Notes: a model not told the origin generated them from the sequence alone. Shown: positions 1 through 13,323, numbered from the stretch's first letter. The stretch is DNA of 64,000 nucleotides from Botryllus schlosseri (GCA_051294905.1 CM119371.1:23128001-23192000), one strand, 5' to 3'. Numbers and translations are program-made.

Positions 1-697
1 GCAGACTTGATAATACTTGATACCATTTCTATCTAAAACTTTCAAAACAATCTACATTTGCAAAAAGCCTTATTTTTGGCATTTTAAGATTTTTCTTTTT
101 GACTGTTTCGGCATTTGGTTTCCGAAATGCTAAAAATAACACGGCCTGCACATCGGTGAAAGATGTCAGTGCCCTCAATATAGTACATTGATTACATGTA
201 CCAATCACGTGGAAGTTACATACAACAAAATCGGGAAAAATACATTACAAGTCACATTCTGTGAAAATCACTAACAGTGCGTTTCAGCTGTGTCTGAATG
301 AAATCCCGTACACTTTCGTGATACGAGTTACAGAATATATCAAGAACTGAGCCATTGCGTTACATTGTGAAACCATCTATAGATGAATCCTTACATTTAT
401 AACCAAAATTGTGTATTATGGAGATGCTCACCATAAAACGCAGAGCTCTTCAACCGGGCGTGAATCGTACACTCCAGCCTAGGGTGTACCATGATTTTAT
501 AAGGATGTACTAGATCCACATTAAAATGTACCGATGACTACCTATCACAATAAATAGGCAAGCTGATGCTTCAGAACTGGTTGACCGGATGTACAATATC
601 GTAAAAGGTTCATATCAGCGGTACGTAGGTTGAAAATTAAATTCTACTTTGTGATGTCATAAGCACATATTTCTCATAATTTCACCATAGTTAATGG

Positions 698-1090
698 ATA
701 GGGCTATGGGCACAATGATTCGATTGCTCGAATCTGAATCGAATATTAATTTTAATGATTCGAGTCGAGTAGTAAAAGACGATTATTTGAGTACTGAAAT
801 TATACGTTCCTCGCAACTGAAAGTTACTTTATCAACGAGAATTATAGTTTGGATACTAATTTTCACTGTTGAAGCCTTGAAACCTTGATTGGCCGTATCG
901 TAGCATACGAAACATTTAGTACAAAGTTACGAACGATATTGAAAATAGCACATTGCCGAAGTCATGACCATCCCACAACATTGTCACCAAGTGCCATGAA
1001 ATCAGTATGATAGAAAAAAATACCAAAGTATCTTTAATGTGATGGATAACAGGCATTATATTCTTTCAGGTCTCATAAAAGGTACATATT
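698..1090 (-). mobile_element. Partial MITE, same family as 28963-29477 (CGAGT/CGATT subterminal repeats)
   Basis: Reverse-complement similarity to 29090-29477 (TAGGGCT..GGGCA end, GATTCGA/CGAGT repeats, GATGGATAACAGGCATTA). Confidence 0.65.
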
Positions 1091-2219
1091 TGCATAATTG
1101 CAGTGGCTTAGCCGGTGTTCGAGTTAGAGAACCAAAGCGTTAGATGGTGGTCCGGTAACCGCGAGTCACGTTTGTTATTTACCATTTTCAAGACGTTGCG
1201 GCTTTGCTCAATGCTCATTGCACATCCTTATTTTGATTAGGCCAGGAGTGACCAACCTGCGGACGTACGGCTGCATGCACTGGTAAAATAACAATTATGC
1301 GGCCCTCTAGACATTGTTAAATTAGCTGCCGTCAATAACCAATTTGAACCAACGTATTGATTCTCAAATGTTTTAATGTTTGCGATTGGCGTGATTCAGG
1401 GTGACTTGAATTTATAGTTTTTACGATAAAAGTGTCCTTGCATTCCGAACCCCACCGTAAAAATGGGAACCACAGAGGAAAAAAGGCGCCCCATAAATAA
1501 ATATCAGATTGGATTCGAGGGCGTCTCACGAACGACGGTCACATACTTATCGCGTATATCGCAGCGGCGTGTCAAAATTCCAGACCCCTTCAGTCAAATA
1601 CATCGATTCTTAGAGATAAATGTCAGAGGTCGAGTGTCGTCTATTTTCGTATACTACCTGCACATGAGGGTATATTAGGGGAGTGAACATCGGCGTCCAC
1701 TGGACCCAACTGGTTGAGAACCTGTGATCATCTTACGCTGTCTAGCGGCGAGTCTTGCGAAGCAGTTTTCGTTGTAATTCTATCAACTTACAGGAAGGGA
1801 AAATGATATTGATCGGAAACAACTCGCCAAATTATACGCAAGCGGTTTTGAGCTATACGCATGCCAATTCATTACTTCACTTATTCAGTATTTTAAAAAA
1901 GCGAAAATAATTGGAATATGCCATATCGCAGCTTCTCAATGTTGGACGCTATACCATAGTATAATTTTTAGCCTTCAATGTCACATGTTATAAGCTTGGT
2001 CTACACCTGCAAAGATTTCCCGTGGTATCGAATGTTCCAAATTAATTTGCTGAAACAACATTCTAACGACAGCTTCATACCACGTAGGATGTAGAGAGAA
2101 TGGAATACAAATCTGCAATAGCAACCTGAGTTCCTATATTGTTAGGCACAAGGACCTCGCTTCCAAATGTACTCATTAGAGTGCAGAATGAGTTGGTGGC
2201 ATTTATTCTCACTCTACAC

Positions 2220-3201
2220 CAGGGGCGGCCAACCTATGGCCCACTAGAAGGTTTTGAGTGGCCCGCGGGGTCATTCTCGAAATTAGTAATATTATAAGAT
2301 ATAAATTACCCTGGTAATTTATTATGAACTTGCAAAGGCAAACCAAAAATTTGATTAGCCTGATCGCAAAATTCAGGATGTTGATGACTGAGATATCAGT
2401 AACGACGCATAGGCGCAGCCACGGGCCAGTCACAATATCCGTATCTCTTTGTATATAGGGTTGCATTTAAAACAAACGGTGTTTTTAAACACTTCGTTCA
2501 AAACATGTCTTAAACAGTGTTTTGAAGACAGGCCTTTAAAAAAATAATTGTGATTTTTTCAAGTTGTTAAATTATGCCATAAATGTGTAAATACTTTACA
2601 GAAAACATTTTGTATGAACCTACGGACAATTACCACCGACGTAAATCGATATGGGATGATTGAAACCCTCAAAATAATCGGTTCAACAGCAATAGTACAT
2701 ATATTTCGTCAAAGGAGCAATTTTTACACTATATTTTCAATTGCCAATGTCAATCCACTATGACGTCACAATTGAATATTCGTGACGTCCTGACTTAAAA
2801 ACAACAACAATAAAAATAATAAAAAACAGGTTTTAAATTAGGGTATTGTTTTAAACATGTTTATCGAGGCATATTTATCCGACTTGAAATTTTTCTCAGC
2901 ACTTCGCGCGATTTAGTTTCACTCGATGTCTTGCTTTTAGTATGGGTAACCCCAAATACGCCCAGAATACAGAATTGAGCCTAACTATATTCGCAATTAC
3001 GAGAGAACGTGTCGTAAAACATGCGAATTCGTGTCTGCAGTCTGCACTGGCAGAAAGTTAAAGGCGATAAATGCTTTTCACAAAATGACAGACGTATGTT
3101 CGCCAAAACCTTCGATGTTGATATGTCCAAGCGCTGAATAATCCTGTTCTTTCCAAATGAGCCTAGCGGTTACCAAAGGCCGAAAAGGTTGGCCACTCCT
3201 G
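2220..3201. mobile_element. Non-autonomous hAT (Charlie-like) element
   Basis: TIRs CAGGGGCGGCCAACC / GGTTGGCCACTCCTG; 8-bp TSD CTCTACAC / ATCTACAC. Confidence 0.75.
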
Positions 3202-3359
3202 ATCTACACTTCCCCCTCTCTTTTAACTAGTTCTTCATGGCAATTAATAGTTCTCGTGTTGCTGAGCATTTCTATTTAGTGCGCACTATGCATAGCGCAA
3301 ACTCTATTTTATCTTCCAAATTATAATCACGCTGCAGTCTCAATCACGATGCATTTCAA

Positions 3360-3365
3360 TTTATT
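3360..3365 (-). promoter_or_regulatory. Candidate polyadenylation signal (AATAAA) of the CBM14-SUEL gene
   Basis: TTTATT on the + strand, about 75 nt downstream of the stop codon at 3441. Confidence 0.45.
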
Positions 3366-3440
3366 TCCAGAAGTATTAGTAACAGCAATATTTGCTAAAT
3401 ATGCACATGTACATGAATGAGGCACTACATTCACTCGTTA

Positions 3441-5590
3441 TTATTTGCAGACGTATGTCACATGCAGATATTTCCCGATGCTTACGCAAGGATCTCCGAA
3501 TACGCTATTCTTCGCAGACACTTGGCAGCTAGATTTTCCGTTGCACTCGGTAGAAACTATCTGGAGACTGTTGGATGCCATGCAGTCCGTGGTATCTGCT
3601 CCATAATTAGGGCATCTAAGAAAATATTGGGAGCATTGAAGTCATGCACCGACATTGAAATTAACGCGAGCATGCATGCAATCCAATATGTAAGCGTCTT
3701 GACAGGCATGTGAACACGATTGATATCATGGCATTCACACAAATGAATGTAATACCTAGGGCGTTTTTTTAACCTAAAAAAGGACGATTTTGACCTAAAA
3801 TATCAAAATTTTGACCTTTTTTGACCTAAACAAACTGAATTTTGACCAAATCTTGACCTAACGTATGCAAATTAGGTGTTTTCCCACATGATGTTAAAAT
3901 TGTACCAGTTATTTCATTTTTGGTTGGAACTGGCTGTCCTAACGAAATAGTTTGGCCTGAAAAAACGTTTTTGGCTCAGAAAGAGGCAACTTCTTTTATG
4001 AAAAAAACAATATTTTTACGAAAACTGGCCCTATGAAGAATTCCAATGGTTACAATATGTATTATGGTAGAAATAATTAAAAAAAAATTGCAACAAGAGA
4101 TACTTTCCTACATTCCTGGGTAAAAAATGCATGTCCTTACGAAGAAGCTTGCCAAGGACGTTCAACAGTAGCAGTTGTTGGCTGACAACACTCAAGTTGT
4201 GCTTACACTGCTGGTGACACACCGTGTTGCTTCATTCTGACAATGTTGTCAACATCACAATTTTTCATCATGCGCTTTTTAATATAAGAATGATGCAATG
4301 CCCAAGAAGTCTTTCTTCAGTTAGGATATCGCGGTACGTTGACCATAACATCATGTCTACCTATTTGTTTTATTTGACCGTTAATGATTCACAATGAGCA
4401 GACAATTAGCCGTTTACAACAGTATGCCTATAAAATAGGCTACAAGCTGTAAAATATCAAATAATAAGTTCACCGACAGTGCAAAATCTACGATACAAAC
4501 AAAATGCAGACGTCAAAAAATTTTGACTTAATGAAAAATTTTGACCTAACGCTACAATTTTGACAAAATTTTGACAAATTTTGACATGTAAAAAAAAAAC
4601 GCCCTAGTAATAACTAAATGACCAGTCATCCCAAGTTGCAATATCCTCCAATAACGCAGTCCGTATGAATTGCACCGCGTATAGACGTTGGCCACGTTAC
4701 ATTTAGCGAATGGCGACAACATTTTGAGTATGACTAGTCGGAAGAACATTTATTCATTAGTCAACTAAAGTTGAGGCTCGTTTTAAGATCACCCACTGGT
4801 TTGTCTCCGTTCTCCCATAGTTCGCATTGATGATGTCGAGTTTCCCTTCATGTTCACAGGACAATTCCATGACATCGCGTTCGCATATTGTGTTTGTTTT
4901 TTCTAAAATAAAAACATATTAGGCCTAATTACTTTTTCGGGCCATGTCGTTGGTCCGGATATCAGTTTACCTTGACAACCAGAAACCTGCGCTTCGTAGT
5001 TGCAGACACTGCCATCCCATTTCAGAGTAGCCGGGCATTGCATCAAGTACTTCGTTCCTAAACATTGCATACAAAAATACAAATATACAGTCAATTGTGA
5101 TGACATAACAGGAGTTAAATAAAATGAAAATTAGTGATTCACATCATATTTATTTCGATATTAGATTTACATATAGTTACCGTGAGAGCAGTGATAGTAA
5201 CTGCCGCTACAGTCGGATACCGGGTAATATTGGCCATGCGTGCAACTGGACCCTGAAAAAGAGTTCACGGTAAAAAATTCACGATTCACGATTTCTATAT
5301 GATCGCAGGTGCCGCCTTTTGACAGTCACGTGCTTCACAGACTTTGGCAATGCCACGCAGTAGCGCACAAGTTGCCTGCCGGCATGTGATAACTGTGAGT
5401 GTGCATCCGAAACGTCGAGTAATATATACATTCTAAAATCCGTGAAAATTTAGTAGACCTAATTCTTTATATTATAAGTACATTCACAATTGAAATAGAG
5501 CAGTGAAGACATAATATCAATAAATGCGATCTACTGACCTGACGCAAAGACTGCATTGGTTACTATTACAAGGAACAAAAACAGCGACAT
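3441..5590 (-). CDS. Secreted chimeric lectin: signal peptide + chitin-binding type-2 (CBM14/peritrophin-A) domain + SUEL/D-galactoside/L-rhamnose-binding lectin domain, 163 aa, 5 exons
   Basis: Manual splicing of exons 5590-5539, 5252-5181, 5057-4971, 4902-4797 and 3615-3441. All introns are GT-AG with consistent phases (1,1,1,2); total 492 nt = 163 aa + TAA. Protein: MSLFLFLVIVTNAVFASGSSCTHGQYYPVSDCSGSYYHCSHGTKYLMQCPATLKWDGSVCNYEAQVSGCQEKTNTICERDVMELSCEHEGKLDIINANYGRTETNQCPNYGADTTDCMASNSLQIVSTECNGKSSCQVSAKNSVFGDPCVSIGKYLHVTYVCK. It shows the 6-Cys CBM14 pattern (C..C..YYHC..CP..L.W...C......C) and the SUEL hallmarks ANYGR, CNGKSSC, NSVFGDPC and KYL. Confidence 0.9.
3757..4606. mobile_element. 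hAT-type MITE with TTTTGAC subterminal repeats, in the last intron of the lectin gene
   Basis: TIRs TAGGGCGTTTTTTT / AAAAAAACGCCCTA; TSD GTAATACC / GTAATAAC. Confidence 0.8.
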
Positions 5591-5934
5591 GTTAAAGGAT
5601 GGCGCGTATGCTATTAAAATATATAATTGTGCTAAAAAGACAAATATATTTTCAGTTCAACATAAAGTACACGCAGAACACAGTTTGTCGAGAAATCGAA
5701 CAGAATGTGCATATGTGCTTTATCTGCCTGAAGTCCTTCTTATGACACATTCTATACTCATCCGGCTATTGACTTGGACTACAAGAAAAGTTCGCGACAC
5801 CTATTGCGAAGCATAGGCCATACCAAAATTGTAGTAAATAGAGAGGTGATTTGAACATTTTGGGGCGGTTTCCAATGTGTAAAGCGCCGACAGAATCAAT
5901 GTCAACCAAAGTCACTCACTATTACAAGTAAACG

Positions 5935-6085
5935 AGCACCTTAACCCACCTGAAACGGCCGGCCTCGAGTCCAAATTTCAATGCATTTAGAAAAATGTTC
6001 ATAAAATCCGAACCACGAGACTTGAACCGACACCCAATATATCGCTGTAATCGTGAAACAGCCGCCTAACCAACTGAGCTACTCT
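5935..6085 (-). mobile_element. tRNA-derived SINE-like remnant
   Basis: Minus strand has an A-box TAGCTCAGTTGG and a B-box GGTTCAAGTC. No intact cloverleaf acceptor stem is seen. Boundaries are approximate. Confidence 0.55.
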
Positions 6086-6396
6086 CAAAGCGAGAGAGAA
6101 ACAGGTGATGCCCCTATACCAAGAAGTGTTCTCAACTTTTTGAAAATAAAAGAGAATTTGATTTTTGAATTTGCGACTACGTCATACATAGACGTGCTCG
6201 GGATAGAATCATCGCCTGACTGATTTCACAGCAATATCAGGATTCCAAAATGACCTGAGTGAGGTTCTTACGATAATACAATCGAGTGTAACGACCGTTG
6301 ATATACCGACGGCTACAGTTGGCTCTAGCGCGATTGATGCCAGGCGTCTCGCATTCATCGCCGCACATACACGCGCCGCGTGTTATTGTAGTATCG

Positions 6397-6730
6397 ACGG
6401 CGTTCAATGATTCATTTCACAGTGCCGATGTATCGCTTTGTACGAGTTACTAAGTACTAGATAGTGCTTTGTCGAAACACACCTTGCTCTTGTACAACAA
6501 CTAGATCTGAATATATAGTGGTTGGATTGACAGGTAGTCATACCTGCAATATAAAATACAGTGTTTCACTGATATTTTACTGGGCATTTACCGGACGTTC
6601 AAATGATTCATTTCATAAAGCCATGTAATCGCCTATCCATCCTTTGTACGAGATAGTGGTATGTGCTGAAACGAACCTCGCTGCTGTACAACAACTAGAA
6701 CTGAATATTTAGTGGTTGAAATGACAGATT
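6397..6730. repeat. Diverged tandem duplication (~195-bp period)
   Basis: CGTTCAATGATTCATTTCA...TGTACAACAACTAGA.CTGAATAT.TAGTGGTTG..TGACAG occurs at ~6400-6535 and ~6595-6730. Confidence 0.7.
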
Positions 6731-9700
6731 ACAACAAATAACAACAAACCACATCTAACACTAACAAACGGAACACGGACATTTATTGCCTCTCTCAGCC
6801 GAACAGCGCAATAGTGAGACTGTCGTCTAGTATATCAGGTAGGCTATGCATATCGGCATATGTAGCAATGACATGTCGAGTCGCGTGACACAATATATGA
6901 AATAATGCATCACACGTGTAATACAACAGCAAATCGAAATAATAAAAAGCCGGCACATCTAGCACCAACACATGGAAAAACGTAAGAAACCATTATAGCA
7001 TTGGCAACTGAAGGTATTGTAATTATATTCGTTGCCCACACTGCAATGATAATAGGTCAACTGCTTTGACAGAGTTACGCCGAATTTTCGTGCCTCTCTC
7101 GTGAATCATGGACGAATAAAATACTTTGAATCAAGAAAGTGCATTGATTAGATGGAACCGGGATTCGATGCCTGGCTTTGCTGGTCGTCAAATTTTCATA
7201 AATGACCTGCGCGTTGTAGACGGAAATCTCGAGCAGACACGAAAATACCTTTCAATACCAGAATCGCGACCGGAGCTTTGATGTGCCGGTGCATTTCTTT
7301 TTATTCGCTACTACGGGAAAGATGTGAAACATTTCCACCAGAAGTGAAACCATTTACGGACATAAATTTGCTGTCATATCAATAGCGGAGATCTTGTAGC
7401 TCGCCGAAGAACATCATGGCAGTATTGGTGTATTAGTATGAATAGCAAAAATATTCAATATGCGTAATCTTCAACAGCAACAGAAAATACATTGCTAAAA
7501 CCCGCGCATGTTATTTCGTAACATATTTTGACTTCCAGTTCGAAGAATCTTCTGTGCGACTAATTTATGATTATAAGTATTCCAATACATGGGCAATGGG
7601 CATAACCAACACATGTTAGGAGAAAAGATCTGCAAATGAATTTGATGTCTCGGAGATGCGCTGATTTAGGTCACGGGCGCTGGTTTATCTCACGCGCGCA
7701 CATCCACGCGAACGTCGTGGCGAATTGTATTTTGCGCAAAACGTTTTTATGTATTCAATCTGCATTTTGAACAGGCTATTCGATAGTATAAGATGTTATT
7801 GATGGCTCGACGTATGCGTATTGATATTGGCTATCCATCTGTAATAGTTGTAATTATCTACGACCAGAACAACCCAGGAAATTTTGGATTAAGTAAAGCG
7901 TGTTCGTGAAAATACGCTCAGTTATCATTAATGAGTATGCCGTTTCGATCGATTTAGAAATAAAGCCCTGGATTGCTTGGAATAGGTTAGTATCTTACCA
8001 CACTTCCCTATCATAGCTTTTGCCTATCACAAAGTACGATACCTCAATAGGAGTGAAATTTTGTAAAATTACTATACTAATTGAGCCAGCCATGCTTGGC
8101 TACTTTTGCGTCGCGAAGAACTTGATTTTAAAGCTTTGTACATATATATATAGCTCTGACTATAGGATTCAAATAACAAAGCATGCTTATTGCACACGAC
8201 GTGACGGTAAAAACATATTTAAATTTGCTACGATTGCCGCTAATAATCAAAATCATGCATCGTGCTTTTATACGGCTGGAATGAATGAAAATGAAGTTTA
8301 AAACCTAATAATGGGAATTATTATTGCCTACATGAGCTCATCGCCATAACGGAACAACTCATTTTGAGGTCACAAATGCATCATTATTCTCAGATGTCCT
8401 TACAATATTTCGCCTCCTTGTTCAATAATCACTGACACAAAAGAATCAAAGAATCAGTAACATTCGCACAATGGCCGGCCTCCAAGGCCAGAAGAGTGCT
8501 TACAAAATTTTAGATCAATGCCAGGCATTTTATGCTGTTTGAGACGGAAGAGTGGAAATATGATGCAGCTGAATCGATGAATGATATTGATATCGGAATG
8601 ATATCCGCAAACGGAAACGTCATGTAGCCGCTTATAATGAACAAATAGGCAGCAAGCATGAATCGTGATAACCCGTCCACCAGGCAAGTTGCAACGCATG
8701 TTGTACCAGCGAACGTATTCCGCTAATAGCGCATTTAATGATGCCTCGTAAATGTCCTCATTTTTGATATCCATGTGTATTTTAGACCTGCACGTTATTA
8801 TATTTCGTTATTCCTGGACTGCCGACTTATTTATGGCAGTCCCACTTTTGTTCTAGGCTTTTATAAGATACGTGGAACAGATTTCGCTGTCGTTTGGTTA
8901 ATCGTGAAATCACATTATTATTGAATGAGGCAAATTTGCACAGTGGCTCAGTTGACTTGCACGGAACAATGAAATGTGTCGCTTGTCCGGTATACCGGTC
9001 ACAAGCAAGGGCAAATGGACAGGTAAGCGTTATAGGTGGAGGTGGTCAACAATGAAGTACTTCTATATCAAAGTACTCAAATATGTTTTTGCCTGTTTCC
9101 ACTGTGACAGTCGAGAGGTTTTATTCAAAGCATAACTCGGCATGGACTATTTACTTAGACATCGCTACTTTTACTTCTACTTCAGTACTAACGGTAACTG
9201 CTGTGAACGGTCGGTCGAAGCATTATGTGAATAACTGATAACTAAGCACAGAGCTGAGATCATCTTTGGCGCCTCCACTCACTCTCACCACTTCAGAAAG
9301 ATTTTCTCGTGGAAGTATAAAGTTAAAGTTGCATCATTGAGCTCTGATAGCCTGATGCCCATGAACGGATCAGAAGCCTTCATGATGATCGCGATTGCGT
9401 ACAATACACAAATTCCTGACAGTTTTAGATTCTGTCGCCGTGAAACTCCGATGGACACGGGAAGAAATTGTTTATTATTGAATAAATGTTCCTCGCTTTG
9501 CTTCGAAATTATATATGTAACATTATCCTGATTAAACATGATGTACAGCAATTGAGAATCAAACTATTTCCACACTTGCCACATGTTATAAGATCATATT
9601 TGAAAGGTCTGGATGCTACAAACACTCATCGCCCGTAAAGCATAAACGAATTTCGAAGTCCCCGATTGTGAGGATTAGTGTGCGTAGCAGTAATGATCAA

Positions 9701-10259
9701 TTCACATATTGGCATGTTGTCAGTGGTATATGAGCGGCTTTGATCAATATTGTTCACGCGATACAGTGTGTGCAGGAAATCATTTCCCCGAAGCGACAAG
9801 TAATATGCATCCTAACGTCATCAATGATAAATATTTCTGTCATTGCTTCTCGAACTGTTTGAACTTTTGCCTATTATTTATCAAGGTCTCTATTGGAGGG
9901 CGCTGGCTATCAGCCGGAATTTTAGGATTCCGGTATCATTCGGATCGCAATCGACAAATTCTCTGCTATTGAACGGGTCGACTGACGAATGCAAATCGCC
10001 TGCCGATGTATTTTCTGTGATCCGTATGAGCTGATTCCTTTATAGTCGTTCGCTATCGTACACCATAGAGCAGTGGTCGGGGACCTATGGCTCGCGAGCC
10101 ATATATGGCTCTTTTGGGCATAAGATAAGGCTCTTTGCCAAATATTTATTTTTGTATTGAATTGATCAATATTGCAACGACTTGTTGGTAAATTTTAATC
10201 ACGGCCAAAATAATTATTCTCGTGGCAGTATAAACATGTCATTGAGAGGTGAAGACAAT

Positions 10260-10390
10260 GTCGTGTAGGGTTGAAAATTGCAATATGACGTCACTTGACG
10301 TCATAGGTTCACGTTCGTGTTCGCACGAAACCTTTGAAACTGGTTCCCGTTCTCAGGAACCCTAACCTTTCAGAAGTTTGCACCATCCCT
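10260..10390. mobile_element. Fragment (one end) of the GTGAAC-repeat MITE family
   Basis: Matches the end of 38587-39625 and, in reverse complement, the start of 47354-48300 (TGACGTCA..GGTTCACGTTCG..CACCATCCCT). Confidence 0.6.
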
Positions 10391-10602
10391 TGTTGCTATA
10401 TCATCGCGCGAGAAAAGTTTGCTCGATTTACATCGTGATGAGTCACATTTTACGAATGAAACGCTGTGATCTCGGAATATTGGATACTATTTAGCTAGGG
10501 TTACCATATGTCCGCTGATTTCAGTCTTGATCAATTAAATTTTCCGATCTGGTAAACGTGTCTTCCTTTCCCGCTTCCAAAATACATTTAACCTTAATTT
10601 AT

Positions 10603-11120
10603 AAGGGTTTTAATCACTCGAGTCACGATTCTTTTGTGACTCGACACGACTCGAGTCATTTTTTGAAATTCGTAAAATGACCCGACAAGACCCGAGTCAA
10701 TTTTTGTAACCAACCAAGTCATATCACTCGAGACTAGCACGGCCAAGACTTCGAATAATAGTAAAGTTATTACAACATTAGTACTTCGTCTATCAGTCCT
10801 GATATACTTGGGATATATGACCAGAAACTGTTTAGAGGAAGGAGAATGACTATATCATGGATGTGAGTCATCATATCATTCGAGCAGAGTTGAAAATATT
10901 TGGTTGAAACGGATTGAACTGAAAACTGAACAGTGAACATGGTGACTGGGACTCGGACTCGAATAATAACGCTGTGACTCGGACTCCGCACTCTACTAGC
11001 TGAATTGGACTTGGACTTGACTAGGTGGTGAATTGAAAATGAGTCGACTTGACTCGAGTCTAAACAATAAATGTGAGATTGATATGCTACTCGAAAACTT
11101 GTGACTTGGTTATATCCCTG
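10603..11120. mobile_element. MITE with GACTC subterminal repeats (older copy of 56776-57344)
   Basis: Colinear similarity with 56776-57344; ends AAGGGTTTTAAT / GGTTATATCCCTG; TSD degraded. Confidence 0.7.
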
Positions 11121-11424
11121 CTATTTAGGCCTGCACTGGAAAGGTCTTGAAATTAATCAGAGAAGGACATATATCGGAGGGCAAAAAGCGATTCATGTTT
11201 CAATTAGAATAGGTAAGTCGCGTGATATCATATTAGTGTTAACGATGATGTTATCAGCGGACTGTACATAAAAAAAACTTCATGTCGATGCCAATCAGAA
11301 ATGCTTTAGGGATTAGAACGAAGTCTATGGTGATGCAGCAGATCAACTTCAATTTATTTCAATCAGAAACATCAAACAATGATCTGCGTATATTTAAACG
11401 AGGAGTCCGAGCTAGTTTCCTTTT

Positions 11425-13323
11425 CATGCCTTACAGCTTTATTTCATATGCAGATATTTCCCGACAGTAACGCACAGATCCCCGCACACGCTGTTCTCGG
11501 CTGCCACGTCGCAACTGGATTTCCCGTTGCAGGCATTAGACACAATATTTCGAGACTCTTGGAAGCCGTACAATTGGTCGTTTGCGGTTCATCTGAAAAC
11601 AAAAACGTCCACGTACATGAATAATGTTATTTCCCCAGTTTTTGCACAATAAATGCACTGAGCTGGTAACTAACGAAGTAGTTCCACTTCCACTGAGCAC
11701 TCAAGTAGGTTTTGTCTGCGTTCAATAGTTACTCATATTTTCCATTTAAGAATTGCTCCTATACGTTCATCCCCAATAGTGCATGCTTATGCGTCGGTAG
11801 CCAAGATGAATCTGACTATGTCAAAAACTGTCCCGGTAAATGATTACGTCAGCGACTTCTTGTCTCAAGTGTACTTCTTCGTGCCACTCACTTGTGTAGG
11901 TCTCAAAACTTTTGTTTTTCACTTATAAATCGTAGAACTGATTCCTTACTGAATGGCTCCTCTACATATGATATTGTGCGTAAATACTTTTCATTCGATA
12001 CATTTATTTATGAGTTAGTTGTATATTATAGCCTCACTTCTACGTTCGCGACAATCGTCCATAATCTGCTTCGTGAATGTCGATCTTTCCTTCGTATTTA
12101 CACGACAGCTTCATGACACTACCTTCACCAGTTATCTTTTCTTCTGTGAAAGGACAGACATATATTTCCGAGGTCGCAAAGATAAGTTTTATTTTACGTC
12201 TGGACAGCTAAACAAGACATCAAGTACTTTGTACCTACAAAATCAGAAGAGAGTTTCATAAAATGCTATTTGGGCATGATGAAAATAATTATAATTTTAT
12301 GGCTAGAATCGCTTTATCCTTTGCTCTTCTCTATTCTTATGTGTAGACAACAATGTATTAATACCGGTTCTATACTGACCATGAATGCACTTGTAGTAAC
12401 GACTGCTACACTCTGCTTTCCAGTACGTGTCAAGATGTGTGCAGCGGGACACTGTACAACAAAAATATCATGTAAAAATTTAGTCCTTTTCAACTGTCCC
12501 ACCCCTAATTGAAATCCAGCTTAACGTATTGAAATTACTGGTAAAATCCTGTCTATGTTACATATTATGCACGTGATGGCAAAGGCAGGACTATTTGGGG
12601 GTGTCCAGTTCCAAACAAAAACGTCATTCTAAGAATCATTCTAATTCCATGTAGATTGAGCTATATAGTACATACACGCATGCTAACAATGCTATTATGT
12701 CTTCGAATTATTCCAGCTGCCCAGCACCCGTCACATGCGCTACTACTCATCGGCAATTCGATATGCAATGTACCTTCAGAAATGCGCAGCTTCACCTTGG
12801 AAACTGTCATCGTATTGTTCGGTCCAAACGCAATAGCGCGATGCCAATTGCTCACTTACAAATTAGCATATAATTACTAGGTATAGAATTGTCATTTGAG
12901 AAGAACAGGATTTCGATTTCGTACCCTAACCACCCATGTAAACGCCACTGCCCACTGCGTATCACTTCAACAGTTACAATTCGACCTAACTCTCTGTAAC
13001 CATTGATGGACAAGACGATCGTACAGTCACTAATCAGATGTAGGCTATTAGTTGAGCGTGACTCTTGATCATGACAAAACCCCTGAAACTGACTTGCGCA
13101 ACCCCAAGTGTTCCATGGAACACAGTTTACAAACCACTGGCATAGGGTATGTATTAAGTTCATTGCTCATTGGCCAGGGCAAAACATCAACCACCGGGCA
13201 TGTTCTGGGACCGTTTCCAATATCACATTCCTGAGTTAAAGAACGAATATAAAGAATTAAACGAAACTAACCTGATGGCAAGACTGCATTGGCTGCTATT
13301 GCAAGCCACAGGATGAGCATCAT
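11425..13323 (-). pseudogene. Disrupted paralog of the CBM14-SUEL lectin gene
   Basis: The signal-peptide exon 13323-13272 (MMLILWLAIAANAVLPS-G|GT) has the same 52-nt length and phase as exon 1 of the intact gene. The terminal SUEL exon ~11592-11425 reads ..TTNCTASKSLEI/VSNACNGKSSCDVAAENSVCGDLCVTVGKYLHMK*SCKA*, with a frameshift and a premature TAA. The middle exons are not clearly recognisable. Confidence 0.7.

Noticed and set aside
6005..6085. Functional tRNA gene (also 53960-54041)
   Set aside because: A/B boxes are present, but there is no convincing acceptor or anticodon stem. Better explained as SINE heads.
8454..8774. 106-aa minus-strand ORF (and 9285-9551)
   Set aside because: No recognisable motif, paralog or splice-consistent partner; the length is compatible with chance.
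8940..9030. Possible + strand Cys-containing exon (KCVACPVYRSQARANGQ|GTAAG)
   Set aside because: Only a faint resemblance to Cys-rich repeats, and no neighbouring exons were found.
13030..13231. Putative exon ECDIGNGPRTCP.. downstream of the paralog signal exon
   Set aside because: The phase is incompatible with the phase-1 donor (immediate stop), and the implied intron would be only ~40 nt.
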